A stretch of DNA of 64,000 nt from an uncultured bacterium (GTDB taxonomy: Bacteria; Oederibacteriota; Oederibacteriia; Oederibacteriales; Oederibacteriaceae). Shown here piece after piece: positions 18,703 through 27,876 of this stretch; position 1 is the first letter of the stretch, and each line of letters opens with the position of its first letter. The translations under genes were made by a program, and so were the position numbers. The stretch covers positions 1,632,001 to 1,696,000 of the forward strand of contig OZ218778.1 in NCBI GenBank assembly GCA_965112635.1, read 5' to 3'. The notes below the pieces were generated by a model. It was given only the letters and a program-made list of their open reading frames with translations. It did no database searches and was not told the DNA's origin.

Positions 18703-19068
18703 GTGGATGCAGCTAAAGGCATTGATATTTCTATAGAGCAAGTACCCTCCCAGACAACCAACTGCTGGAAAATAATCATCAAGGGATATCTTGATGCGGA
18801 TACCGCAGGTCAATTAATGAGCGAGTCAATGGTTTTAACCCGCCGAAAATCAGTCAAAGTAATAGTGGATTTAGAAGAGGTTACTTTCATGGATGGAGCT
18901 GGATGGGATGCTTTGCTACAGATAGCGGAAGAACTCATTAAGACAAAGGGGAAAATCGTTATTTTTAATATGACACCCACTGTGGAACGCATTTATAAGT
19001 TACTAAATTTGGAATCTGATCTGCTGTCTTTTCCTACTGAAGCTGATGCATTGCACCACTTGGGCTAA
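18703..19068 (+). CDS. STAS-domain anti-sigma factor antagonist
   Basis: GYLDADTA, VDLEEVTFMDGAG, V..I.KLLNL; the usual phospho-Ser (DSSG) is replaced (DGAG). Confidence 0.8.
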   Translation: MDAAKGIDISIEQVPSQTTNCWKIIIKGYLDADTAGQLMSESMVLTRRKSVKVIVDLEEVTFMDGAGWDALLQIAEELIKTKGKIVIFNMTPTVERIYKLLNLESDLLSFPTEADALHHLG

Positions 19069-19096
19069 ATCAGTTTCCTGGGAATGCCCCCCCCTT

Positions 19097-19120
19097 GGAC
19101 ATCCACATAAGGCCATTTAT
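19097..19120 (+). repeat. Direct repeat of the recombinase-proximal site at 16801-16824
   Basis: ggacatccacataaggccatttat vs ggacatcctcataaggccatttat, 23/24 identical. Confidence 0.85.
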
Positions 19121-19230
19121 TGCCAAACCTCGCAGGGAATTAAAAATCCAATAACACCAAAGCCGGGTGGGCTTGTTAAAATATTCTTTGGGTTTCATCG
19201 GTGATTAATCTTAAGAAAAAGAGGTGAATA

Positions 19231-20082
19231 ATGAAGAAAATAAAGTTGGAAAGCAAAATTATAGTTTCTGGCTCGTTGCGGGGTGCGCATCCTTTGGTTC
19301 AACGAACGCAGAAAGCATTTGAATCAGCGTCACTAGATAAGTATGGGCGGTTTATCCGAAGAATGATAACGATGAATGGCGGTTTAGATGTTTACGTGTC
19401 AAAGGCTAGCGTTAACCGAGCGCTTAGAATAATGGATGCGCTTATCAATGCTGCAGATAAAAGGGGTTATGTGATTGAGGTCGTGGAAGAAAAGTTTGAT
19501 TGCGGTGGGCAAGTGAACGGGCGTACTCAGTTTACGGCCAATGGAGAACACGTTCAGTTTAAGATGCTGGAACCTACGACTCGTCGGCTGAATGATGCTC
19601 CTCCAGCAAAGAGTGAAATGGACTTTCGGCATAAGTATCTCCACGATCCCTCAGGCAAACTCCAGTTAATTATTGAGACCTATCTGGGTGCTGGTTATCA
19701 AAGGATTTGGGAGGACGGGAAAAGGAATCGGTTAGAAAGTTTACTTGACTCATTTTTTGGTGAACTGATGAGAGGGATTGATAAACTTAAGCAAAATAAA
19801 ATTGAAGATGAACAACGCAGAAAAGTTGAGGCAGAGAATAAATTGCGTACTCAGGAACTATTGGCGCAACAGCAGCTTGAACTTGCTCGGGGAAAAGATT
19901 TGGAAACGAAGGCTATGAGTTGGGAAAAGTCCCTGAAGATTCGGCAGTTTCTTGAAGCTGTTGAGAATACGGCCCAAAACAATATGGACCCTGAACTCCA
20001 AGGCTGGATTGTTTGGGGGCGAAAGTATGCAGATATGATTAATCCCTTGAATGACCAGAACTCCCTGAAGAATTGGAGTTAA
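19231..20082 (+). CDS. Hypothetical protein
   Basis: 283-aa ORF with SD GAGGTG; RALRIMDALI..A..RG motif and C-terminal coiled coil; function not recognised. Confidence 0.7.
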   Translation: MKKIKLESKIIVSGSLRGAHPLVQRTQKAFESASLDKYGRFIRRMITMNGGLDVYVSKASVNRALRIMDALINAADKRGYVIEVVEEKFDCGGQVNGRTQFTANGEHVQFKMLEPTTRRLNDAPPAKSEMDFRHKYLHDPSGKLQLIIETYLGAGYQRIWEDGKRNRLESLLDSFFGELMRGIDKLKQNKIEDEQRRKVEAENKLRTQELLAQQQLELARGKDLETKAMSWEKSLKIRQFLEAVENTAQNNMDPELQGWIVWGRKYADMINPLNDQNSLKNWS

Positions 20083-20099
20083 AAGGATTTGGCGAATTG

Positions 20100-20417
20100 C
20101 TAGGCATGTTTCTGCGGGGGGAAAGCAATCTCAAAATGGCGACCGCATGCCGCTGCTATGCGGGACAGTAATGGCATGGAAGTGGTTCTTGCATCCCGAC
20201 CACTTTCTAATCTTGCAATCACGACTTGTGTCGTTCCTGCTTTCTTCGCGAGCTCTGACTGTGTTAAGTGCTTAATCTCTCTTAGTTTTTTAATTGTTGC
20301 AGCTAATTTCTCTTTGGTCTTGCGGTCTTCGTAGAACATTCTCACTTCGGGATCTCTGAGTAACTCGTCTACTAAAGGGTCGATAGAAGTATATGGTTTA
20401 AATCTTCCTTTATTCAT
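20100..20417 (-). CDS. XRE-HTH antitoxin (HigA-like)
   Basis: LTQSELAKKAGTTQ.VIARLESG; ATG 20417 overlaps the toxin stop and follows GGAGG. Confidence 0.85.
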   Translation of the reverse strand: MNKGRFKPYTSIDPLVDELLRDPEVRMFYEDRKTKEKLAATIKKLREIKHLTQSELAKKAGTTQVVIARLESGRDARTTSMPLLSRIAAACGRHFEIAFPPQKHA

Positions 20418-20743
20418 GAAACCTCCTTCATCCTTTTCTCTGCAAGGTCTAAATCTCTTTTTGACGTTTTTTGTGTTGTCTTTTTGAAAGCATGCAACCA
20501 AATCATACGGTCGTGTTCAATGATTACGTAAGCTATTCTGTAACCTCCACCTGGAGCCATGAACTTAATTTCCCAAAGCTTTCCTTTTAACTGTTTGAAT
20601 ATTACTTCTGAATAGTTAAGCCCATGCTTTTTAATACCTTCTATAACATCAATGAAGCAAGCCTGGTCTTCCTTTGAGAGACCTTTAATAAAATCAGCTA
20701 TGGGTTTGCGCCCAGACGATGTTTGATATTGGTCTATTTTCAT
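20414..20743 (-). CDS. RelE/ParE (Gp49/HigB-like) toxin
   Basis: SGRKPI..FI, KLWEIK, YRIAY, LHAFKKTTQKT...DLDLA..R. Confidence 0.88.
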   Translation of the reverse strand: MKIDQYQTSSGRKPIADFIKGLSKEDQACFIDVIEGIKKHGLNYSEVIFKQLKGKLWEIKFMAPGGGYRIAYVIIEHDRMIWLHAFKKTTQKTSKRDLDLAEKRMKEVS

Positions 20744-20745
20744 TT

Positions 20746-20771
20746 TATATCCTGTTGGATATATTTGTCAA
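20746..20771 (-). promoter_or_regulatory. TA operon operator palindrome and -35 element
   Basis: tatatcc-tgtt-ggatata (20746-20763) beside TTGACA on the minus strand (20771-20766). Confidence 0.55.
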
Positions 20772-21004
20772 GTGCATAACAAAAAGACAATGATAGGCTA
20801 TTTTCCCTGACTAATTTGGTCGGCATTTAGTGCGGATGCCCTTTCTGCAATTTTATGAGTGAATTACACTATGACAAGCAAGTTCTGTCAAGGGATGTCT
20901 CCCCTTAAATTGTTATTGGGGCTTGATGTATAAGCCTGCAATGTCTCTAACATACCCGAATTCAAGGTGTATGCAGCTTGGATTTAGTAATTTATGAGAC
21001 GGTA

Positions 21005-22277
21005 CTAGAAAGGCTCCTCAAGGTCTATAAATTCTATGCTGGGCCGGCAATCTCGCTGTCCTACGGCCAACATAAGAGCGCTTACGCAGTCATCGTGCAT
21101 TCCCTCAGGTGCACTATAGGTATATGAGAGACCTGAGCCCGAACGCCGTCTTTCATATGATGCCAACTCGTCAATAAGTGTGTTGTAGGGTTCTTTATAT
21201 TCCAGACTTGGAAGAACTAAATCGCCTTGCTCTAATTTAAGCGCCAATTTATTTACCATGTCTTCTTTGGACTGGTTCGTAAAGGTAACGGCTTGAACCG
21301 TAAGCCCACGCTTCTTGAAGGATCTCGTAGATTGGTTGACCCGGCCCGCCAGCATCAACATAAACCATAGCATCGTTGTAATGTTTAGCTAACGCAACGA
21401 TCCGGTCTGCCTGTACAAGATAGTCCATTTCTTCCCAACGCTTGACCTGAACAATGCGGTTATCACAGCGGACAACTGCAACAGCAAAATCTCGAAGTTT
21501 AGCAGGGTCATAGCCAATGACATATGTGCAACCAGATTGGGGTTCTTCAGGAGTGCCTGTGGCCGCTTCCCTGATCTTACGAAATACCATGCCTGTTCCT
21601 TCAAGTATGCGTGCCATAATTTCCTGTTGGAACATCTCCTCTGGTAAATCTCTTCTTAGGGCTTCAATCTCCTTTACTGGAACCAAACCCGCCTCATAAG
21701 TTGAGCATTCAACAAGTCCCCAACGATTATCCCTGCCTTGTCGGCTCCAACGTACTATTTCACGCCAAAAGTTAGGTCTTGGTGTGGATAGGAATAGCCC
21801 CCGGCCAACTCCCTGATTGAGTAAACGTATGCGGACAAGACTCCATGCCTTCTCCCGCCACTTAGCGACCTCATCCCCGTAGATAGCTATAGGATGATGG
21901 GCAGAGATGATTTCAACGTTTTCTGCAGAGACTCCATATACCCTGGCACCATTGGGGAGCTGGGCAAAGAGGTAGGGGTGGGTTCTGATGCGAGCGCCCA
22001 TGCTTCTTGCGTGGGAAGCAAAAGTCTCCCACATGGCGTCCAGCTGGAATTTAAGACCAGCTACCCACCAGAAAGTCTGGCCTGGGTTGTGGAGCATATC
22101 ATCTAGGAGTTCGCAAGCACCCCACACTGTCTTGCCAGTATGAACCCCGGCATTAATTACCACCAGAGAACGCTTCGCACGTAGTTTCCGTGCTTTCTCC
22201 TGCCAAGGCAGTAATTGAAATTTGATTCTTACTTTCTGGTCTTGCGGCTGCGTTTTGTCTTGGAAGCTGGTATCCAT
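21005..22277 (-). pseudogene. terL: Phage terminase large subunit, frameshifted near 21318
   Basis: Walker A AGVHTGKT, Walker B IYGDEVA, LSTP, nuclease GYDPA in ORF 21249-22277; the rest (...HDDCVSAL) lies in the +1 frame, ORF 21005-21373. Confidence 0.82.
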
Positions 22278-22735
22278 TCAATTGCTCCTTGTACTTGCTG
22301 TGGTGGTATTAAGGGCTGTCCGCCCGTTAAAATCTTTGTAATGTCCCTCATGCTTTCGGCCCCCATCTTCATCAGGGCTAGGGATTCTATAAAGTTGGTA
22401 GGTTGTTGCGGAGCAGGGATTTCGCTTCCATCCTCGGCGATCCTGGGCAGAATTTGTCTAGCACCGACGGCAAAGGCGGTTTTAGCGGCTTTAAACTGAC
22501 GTTCTAACTCATCAGCAAGGTTTATGCCCGCTTTTTCCACCACGATTTGCAGGGCTTGTTTCTGGGATTCCTCCCAAGCCAATGTCATTTTCTTGCCGAT
22601 TTTCCTATTTCCATATTCAAGGTTGATTTCTTTGCGTCTGAAAAATTCATTCTGGGTAAGGAGAGGTTCATTGGACTTCATAAGCACCCATTCTTGAATG
22701 AGGCCGGACCAGTCGTGTTTTTTTGTTCCGCTCAT
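22229..22735 (-). CDS. Putative terminase small subunit
   Basis: Lies directly upstream of and overlaps terL; N-terminal HTH-like segment then helices; positional inference. Confidence 0.55.
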   Translation of the reverse strand: MSGTKKHDWSGLIQEWVLMKSNEPLLTQNEFFRRKEINLEYGNRKIGKKMTLAWEESQKQALQIVVEKAGINLADELERQFKAAKTAFAVGARQILPRIAEDGSEIPAPQQPTNFIESLALMKMGAESMRDITKILTGGQPLIPPQQVQGAIEWIPASKTKRSRKTRK

Positions 22736-22737
22736 GA

Positions 22738-24129
22738 TTATTTCCTCGGTATATCTAGGATGGGTTTTTTGCCGGTTAGGTTTAAAAACCTCTGGCAGAT
22801 TACGTCACAGTAGGCTGGGTCTAGTTCCATTAAAAAGGCTTTTCTGTCCATCTGCTCGGCAGCAATAAGGGTTGATCCGCTACCCCCGAACAGGTCCAAT
22901 ACGTTTTCGCCAGGTCTGCTGGAATAGGTCATGGCTCTGGCAGCCAATTCCACAGGTTTCTCCGTTAAATGGACCATTTTGTTGGGATTGATCTTTTTGA
23001 CTGACCAGACATCGGTGGCGTTATGAATATCGTGAGTAAAATAATGAGCTTTTCCTTCCCGCCAGCCATAAAAGCACCACTCGTGGTTGCCCATAAAGTC
23101 TTTACGGGTTAAGACAGGATGTTCTTTAACCCAGATAATGGCTTGGGAGAAATATAGTTCTGATTCTTCAAGTGCTGACGGGTAGTTTTTGCAGTTGGCG
23201 TAACCTCCCCAAATATAGAATGCACGGCCAGGTATAAGAGCGTGGGCTATGTTTCCAAACCAAAGCCTAAGCATTTTTTCAAATTCCTCAGGCTTTAAGA
23301 AGTCATTGATTAAGGGTCTATCCTTTGCCCGCATCTGGCCTGTGGATTTAATGACTTCACCATTCTTAGCCCTATTGGCCATGTCCATCTTTTGATGATG
23401 CATCCAATTCTTCTTTCCCGCTGCGAGGAGGGAGTTGTTAGACCTGGATTCCACGTTGACGTTATATGGGGGGTCTGTATTAACTATGTGGATTGGTTGG
23501 CCGTTGAGAAGCCTGTCTACGTCTTCTCTTTTGGAACTATCACCGCACAATAGTCGATGGTTACCCAAAAGCCATAAATCGCCAGGTTTGGTTGTTGGAT
23601 TGACTGGAGGCAGGGGAGTTTCTTGATCGTCTAAGTTAACGGGATTTTGGTGTTCAAACTCTAATAGAAGGTCTTTGAGTTCATCGTCTTTGAATTGCAG
23701 TGTGCGATCTATGTCCAGACCAGCGGCTGCTAGCTCTTGCAAGGTTTGGTTGAGAATAGGAATATCCCATTCTGCCAGCTCGGCAGAACGATTATCGGCG
23801 ATGGCGTAGGCTTTGGCTTTGGCAATGTCCTTAGAGTCGAAAAATGCCACAGCCAGCTTGTCCCAACCAAGGGATAGGGCAGCTCTTAAAGTTCCATTAC
23901 CTGCGATAACAGTGCCGTCCTTTATGGCCACAATAGGTTTTTGTTGGCCGAATGCCTCAAGGGATGCGGCAATGGCTTTTATGTTCCGATCATCATGTTT
24001 TCTGGCATTTTTGGGATCTTCATGCAGGATTGTTGTGGATACCACGAGTTTTGAAAGAGAAGGATTAATCTTAGGCTGCATGGAGGGCCACCATTTCTGG
24101 GACCAATCGGATGCCTTTGGGCCCTCCAT
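22738..24129 (-). CDS. Phage-type ParB-N-terminal DNA methyltransferase
   Basis: ParB-like NARKH...FGQQKPI...IAGNG...IADNR; GDLWLLGNHRLLCGDS, TDPPY, HLTEKP, DLFGGSGST. Confidence 0.9.
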   Translation of the reverse strand: MEGPKASDWSQKWWPSMQPKINPSLSKLVVSTTILHEDPKNARKHDDRNIKAIAASLEAFGQQKPIVAIKDGTVIAGNGTLRAALSLGWDKLAVAFFDSKDIAKAKAYAIADNRSAELAEWDIPILNQTLQELAAAGLDIDRTLQFKDDELKDLLLEFEHQNPVNLDDQETPLPPVNPTTKPGDLWLLGNHRLLCGDSSKREDVDRLLNGQPIHIVNTDPPYNVNVESRSNNSLLAAGKKNWMHHQKMDMANRAKNGEVIKSTGQMRAKDRPLINDFLKPEEFEKMLRLWFGNIAHALIPGRAFYIWGGYANCKNYPSALEESELYFSQAIIWVKEHPVLTRKDFMGNHEWCFYGWREGKAHYFTHDIHNATDVWSVKKINPNKMVHLTEKPVELAARAMTYSSRPGENVLDLFGGSGSTLIAAEQMDRKAFLMELDPAYCDVICQRFLNLTGKKPILDIPRK

Positions 24130-24498
24130 AGATGAGTTTGAAGGAAAATTTATCCCGAATGACCGGGACAGCAGGTTCTAGGCTTGCAATATATGGTAGT
24201 CTTATAAAGGAAGTGACATTACCAGAGTCAGCTCTCGGCAGCCAAAGAATAATTATTATTTTTCTCCATGCCTTATAGGATCTAACTTTTTGACCACCAC
24301 GGACGTTTTGACAATCCTCGAAATGAAAGACAGTTCGCTAGTTCACCTGATCTGGGAATAAAGATATCTGGCAAGAGCGATCTTGAGATTGCACCTATGA
24401 GAGATTTAGTCTACCCTCGAACAGTCCACTAGAATTGCCCTAGCGCAGATTTCGTCTGGAATTCAAAAAGTTGGGATGGTAAAATAAAATTTATCAGG

Positions 24499-25191
24499 AT
24501 GGAAGAAAAAGTTATGGCATCTGGTAAAAGGAGCAGGATGAGTAAGGTAAAACCCATGGAGGTCCTACTGTGCGGCGAACATGCCTTATTGCGGGTATTC
24601 TTACGGGCCTGGCTGAGCCGGTTCGATAAACTGCGCGTGGTGGCCGAGGCTAATAACGCGAAGCAGACCATGGACCTGGTACAAAAACACAAACCATCCC
24701 TGGTTTTGATGGATTTCGACACACTTCAGGCCTCCAGCTTGGAGGTGCTGACCAAGATACGGCTGAGTTTCCCCATGGTAAAAGTGATCATTTATTTTGC
24801 CCATACCAACGACAACTTCGCGATAAAGTTGATCCGGGCCGGGGCCGCCGGATTTGTGCTGAAGGACGCTGGATCCGAAGATATGGAGATCGCGATAAAG
24901 ACAGTGCTGAGCGGAGGCGTTTATTTAAGTTCGGAATTCCTCAAATCTCTTGGCACCGCGGCGTTACGGGAAGGGGTTCCCGACAAGGAGGGGAAATCGC
25001 TCAGCGTCAGGCAAGCGGAGATCCTCAAGCTCATTGCTCTGGGTCTTTCCACCAAAGCCATCGCTTTTCAGCTTAAGATCAGTGCTAAGACCGTGGATGT
25101 GCACAAGCAGATTCTGATGAACCGGCTTGGCGTCCAAAGCACCACAGAACTCGTCAAATACGCAATCAGATCCGGTTTGGTCCCGGCCTGA
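24499..25191 (+). CDS. NarL/LuxR-family response regulator, atypical receiver
   Basis: REC (LMDFD, GAAGFVLKD) plus LuxR HTH (LSVRQAEIL..G.STK.IA..L.IS.KTV..H); likely start ATG 24538. Confidence 0.9.
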   Translation: MEEKVMASGKRSRMSKVKPMEVLLCGEHALLRVFLRAWLSRFDKLRVVAEANNAKQTMDLVQKHKPSLVLMDFDTLQASSLEVLTKIRLSFPMVKVIIYFAHTNDNFAIKLIRAGAAGFVLKDAGSEDMEIAIKTVLSGGVYLSSEFLKSLGTAALREGVPDKEGKSLSVRQAEILKLIALGLSTKAIAFQLKISAKTVDVHKQILMNRLGVQSTTELVKYAIRSGLVPA

Positions 25192-25209
25192 ACCTTCCCA
25201 CTGTCCCAT

Positions 25210-25301
25210 CTAGGCAAATTCCTCGATTTACTAGGCAACTATTACCTGTCCTTTAAGGATTTCCCCAGGATGTTACCTTGATGCTTTTCCATTAAGGTTA
25301 A
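25210..25301 (+). repeat. 92-bp duplicated regulatory/promoter module, copy 1
   Basis: Aligns without gaps to 25825-25916 (ctaggcaaat.cctcg...tattac...cccagg.tgt...taa.gttaa). Confidence 0.75.
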
Positions 25302-25342
25302 CAGTAGTTGAAGTTTTTGCGGAGCGATCCAGGGGGAAAAAA

Positions 25343-25798
25343 GTGAAAATCAGTAAAGTTTTACTTTCCAGTGAGTACGCATTATTAAGGGTATTTTTAC
25401 GGGCCTGGCTGAGCCGGTTCGATAAACTTCGTGTGGTAGCCGAGGCCAGTAACGCGAAGCAGACCATGGACCTGGTACAAAAACACAAACCATCCCTGGT
25501 TTTGATGGATTTCGACACGCTCCAGGTCGCAAGCCTGGAGGTGTTGAACAGGATACGGCTGGGTTTCCCCAAGGTAAAAGTGATCATTTATTTTGCCCAT
25601 ATCAATGACAACTTCGCAATAAAGCTGATCCGGGCCGGGGCCGCCGGATTTGTGCTGAAGGACGCGGGATCCGAAGATATGGAGATCGCGATAAAGACAG
25701 TACTGAGCGGAGGTTTTTATTTAAGCCCTGGATTTCTCAAGTCTCTCGGCACGGCAGGGCTACGCAAAGGGTTTCCCCGACGAGGAGGGGGAAAATGA
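25343..25798 (+). CDS. Receiver-only paralog of the upstream response regulator (HTH lost)
   Basis: Near-identical to the REC domain of 24499-25191; a frameshift in the linker gives a stop before the HTH. Confidence 0.8.
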   Translation: MKISKVLLSSEYALLRVFLRAWLSRFDKLRVVAEASNAKQTMDLVQKHKPSLVLMDFDTLQVASLEVLNRIRLGFPKVKVIIYFAHINDNFAIKLIRAGAAGFVLKDAGSEDMEIAIKTVLSGGFYLSPGFLKSLGTAGLRKGFPRRGGGK

Positions 25799-25824
25799 TT
25801 GACCTTTGGCCAGTGAAAACGGGC

Positions 25825-25916
25825 CTAGGCAAATACCTCGTTTTTCTAAGGAATTATTACTGGTTATCTAAAGGTTTTCCCAGGCTGTATGTTTTGTGGT
25901 TTTGATCTAAAGTTAA
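25825..25916 (+). repeat. 92-bp duplicated regulatory/promoter module, copy 2
   Basis: Aligns without gaps to 25210-25301; precedes the radical SAM gene. Confidence 0.75.
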
Positions 25917-25947
25917 GTTGAACGGAAGTTCAGAAAGAGGAGGCAAT

Positions 25948-27819
25948 ATGAAGCGATTACTTTTGATTAACCCGAAATTTCCAGAAAGTTTTTGGAGCTT
26001 TAAATGGACGCTTCAAAATATTTTGCCCCATTTCAAGGCCGTGAATCCGCCTTTGGGGCTGGCCACCCTGGCCGCGCTTTGCCCTCCGGACTGGGAGGTG
26101 GAGATTGTAGATGAGAACATTGAAAGCATTCCCCTCAACCCCCAAGCAGATGTCGTTGGAATTTGCGGAATGGAAGTGCAATATGGCCGCCAGAAAGAAC
26201 TGCTCCGTTATTACCGCGACCTGGGGCGTTATGTCGTGGCTGGAGGCAGCTTTGCCTCCCTTTGCCCGGAAAAATATACCAACCTGGCCGACACGGTCGT
26301 GGCTGGCGAGGCGGAATATATCTGGAAACAGTTCTGCCGGGATTACGAAGCCACCCATCCCCAGCCTTTATATAAGGAAATCGGCACCGTGGACATGAAA
26401 GATTCGCCCGCCCCGCGTTTTGACCTGCTCAAAATAGACCAATATATGACCGTGAACATGCAGTTTTCCAGGGGTTGCCCTTTTCAGTGCGAATTTTGCG
26501 ACATTATTGTGATGTTCGGCCGAAATCCCAGGGTAAAAACCGTGGAGCAAATAGGGAAAGAACTGGACCTGCTCCGGGCCCGGGAAGTCCATAATTTGTT
26601 TTTTGTGGATGACAATCTAATCGGGAACAAGCCCGCGGCCAAGGCCCTACTGACTTTCCTTATCCAATACCAGAAAAATCACGACTATAAGTTCCGTTTC
26701 GGTACTGAAGCTTCCCTGAACCTGGCCCAAGACACAGAACTGTTAGAACTGTTCAGTCAGGCCGGCTTTGAGTGGGTGTTTATGGGCATTGAATCCTCGG
26801 ATAAAGAAAGCCTTAAAGAGACAAAAAAACTTCAGAACACTCATGAAGACCTCCTTGTGTCCATCCGTAGGATCTACAGCTACGGTATCGACGTGTTCTC
26901 CGGTTTTATCATCGGGTTTGACCACGATAAAAAAAGCACTTTTGAGACCCAGTATCGGTTCATCGTGGAGTCTGGTATCCAGGTTGCCATGGCCGGCCTG
27001 CTCATCGCCCTACCCAAGACGCCCCTCTATCTACGGCTGGAAAAAGAAGGGCGTCTGAGTTCTGTGGGCCACGAGGGAGAGAACACCAAGCTGGGGACCA
27101 ATATTATCCCTAAAAACATGACTTACGATGAGATGGTTCTGGGCTACAGAGAACTATACCGGAATTTGCTAGAACCAAAGAACATAGCCCAGCGCATCCG
27201 GAACAAATTAACATATATGAAAAGGCCCTGTTACACGGCGGATTTTCCCCTGGGCACCAAGGTCAGGCTGCCCTGGAGGATATTACGCCAGGGCTTTAAG
27301 GCCGGCGGCTGGGCCGCGGTATTCTATATGATCGAAGGGATGATGACCATTCCTGTCCGGCAAATCCCAGCGCTGTTCCAGGACTGGGTCGTGGGACTGG
27401 GAATGCGGGACTATGCTTGGAGGCACCTACAGGAATTTCCCGAGGATAAGCATCACAAGATTCAGGAAGCCTTGGCCAGCTTGAGCAAGGTTTTTTCCAG
27501 GGAGGTTGCAGAACACCGTCTGTATTTTGCCCGCAAAGGGGATGTTCCAAAAGTCAGTGGTTTGTCGGTGCATCTGACCAACCTGCTGGACAATAAAAAT
27601 TTCAAGCAAATGGGCAAGTGTCTGGGCAAACTCCTGCGGAGGAGTCCAGTGAACCTCACTCTGCATATCGAGTCCTATAAAGAGGAACAGTCTTCCTACT
27701 TCAAGGCCCTGCTCAAACGGCTGTCTGTCTACGGGGATAGGGTTCATATCGCTTTCAACAAAAATCTCCTCTGTAAGATCCCGGTGGACTCTTCGGTCTT
27801 TCATGTAGTATTGTCTTAA
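25948..27819 (+). CDS. B12-binding radical SAM protein (DUF4070-type C-terminus)
   Basis: PPLGLATLAAL B12-binding N-terminus, RGCPFQCEFC CxxxCxxC, FFVDDNLIGN; ATG 25948 after GGAGG. Confidence 0.9.
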   Translation: MKRLLLINPKFPESFWSFKWTLQNILPHFKAVNPPLGLATLAALCPPDWEVEIVDENIESIPLNPQADVVGICGMEVQYGRQKELLRYYRDLGRYVVAGGSFASLCPEKYTNLADTVVAGEAEYIWKQFCRDYEATHPQPLYKEIGTVDMKDSPAPRFDLLKIDQYMTVNMQFSRGCPFQCEFCDIIVMFGRNPRVKTVEQIGKELDLLRAREVHNLFFVDDNLIGNKPAAKALLTFLIQYQKNHDYKFRFGTEASLNLAQDTELLELFSQAGFEWVFMGIESSDKESLKETKKLQNTHEDLLVSIRRIYSYGIDVFSGFIIGFDHDKKSTFETQYRFIVESGIQVAMAGLLIALPKTPLYLRLEKEGRLSSVGHEGENTKLGTNIIPKNMTYDEMVLGYRELYRNLLEPKNIAQRIRNKLTYMKRPCYTADFPLGTKVRLPWRILRQGFKAGGWAAVFYMIEGMMTIPVRQIPALFQDWVVGLGMRDYAWRHLQEFPEDKHHKIQEALASLSKVFSREVAEHRLYFARKGDVPKVSGLSVHLTNLLDNKNFKQMGKCLGKLLRRSPVNLTLHIESYKEEQSSYFKALLKRLSVYGDRVHIAFNKNLLCKIPVDSSVFHVVLS

Positions 27820-27876
27820 ACAAGACAGATTCCTGCCATCCCATGAATTCTCTCTAGCCTTTGGAGGGAGGCCGGT

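Noticed and set aside
19087-19094. C8 homopolymer as a phase-variation tract
   Set aside because: Short, intergenic and not within an identifiable promoter spacer
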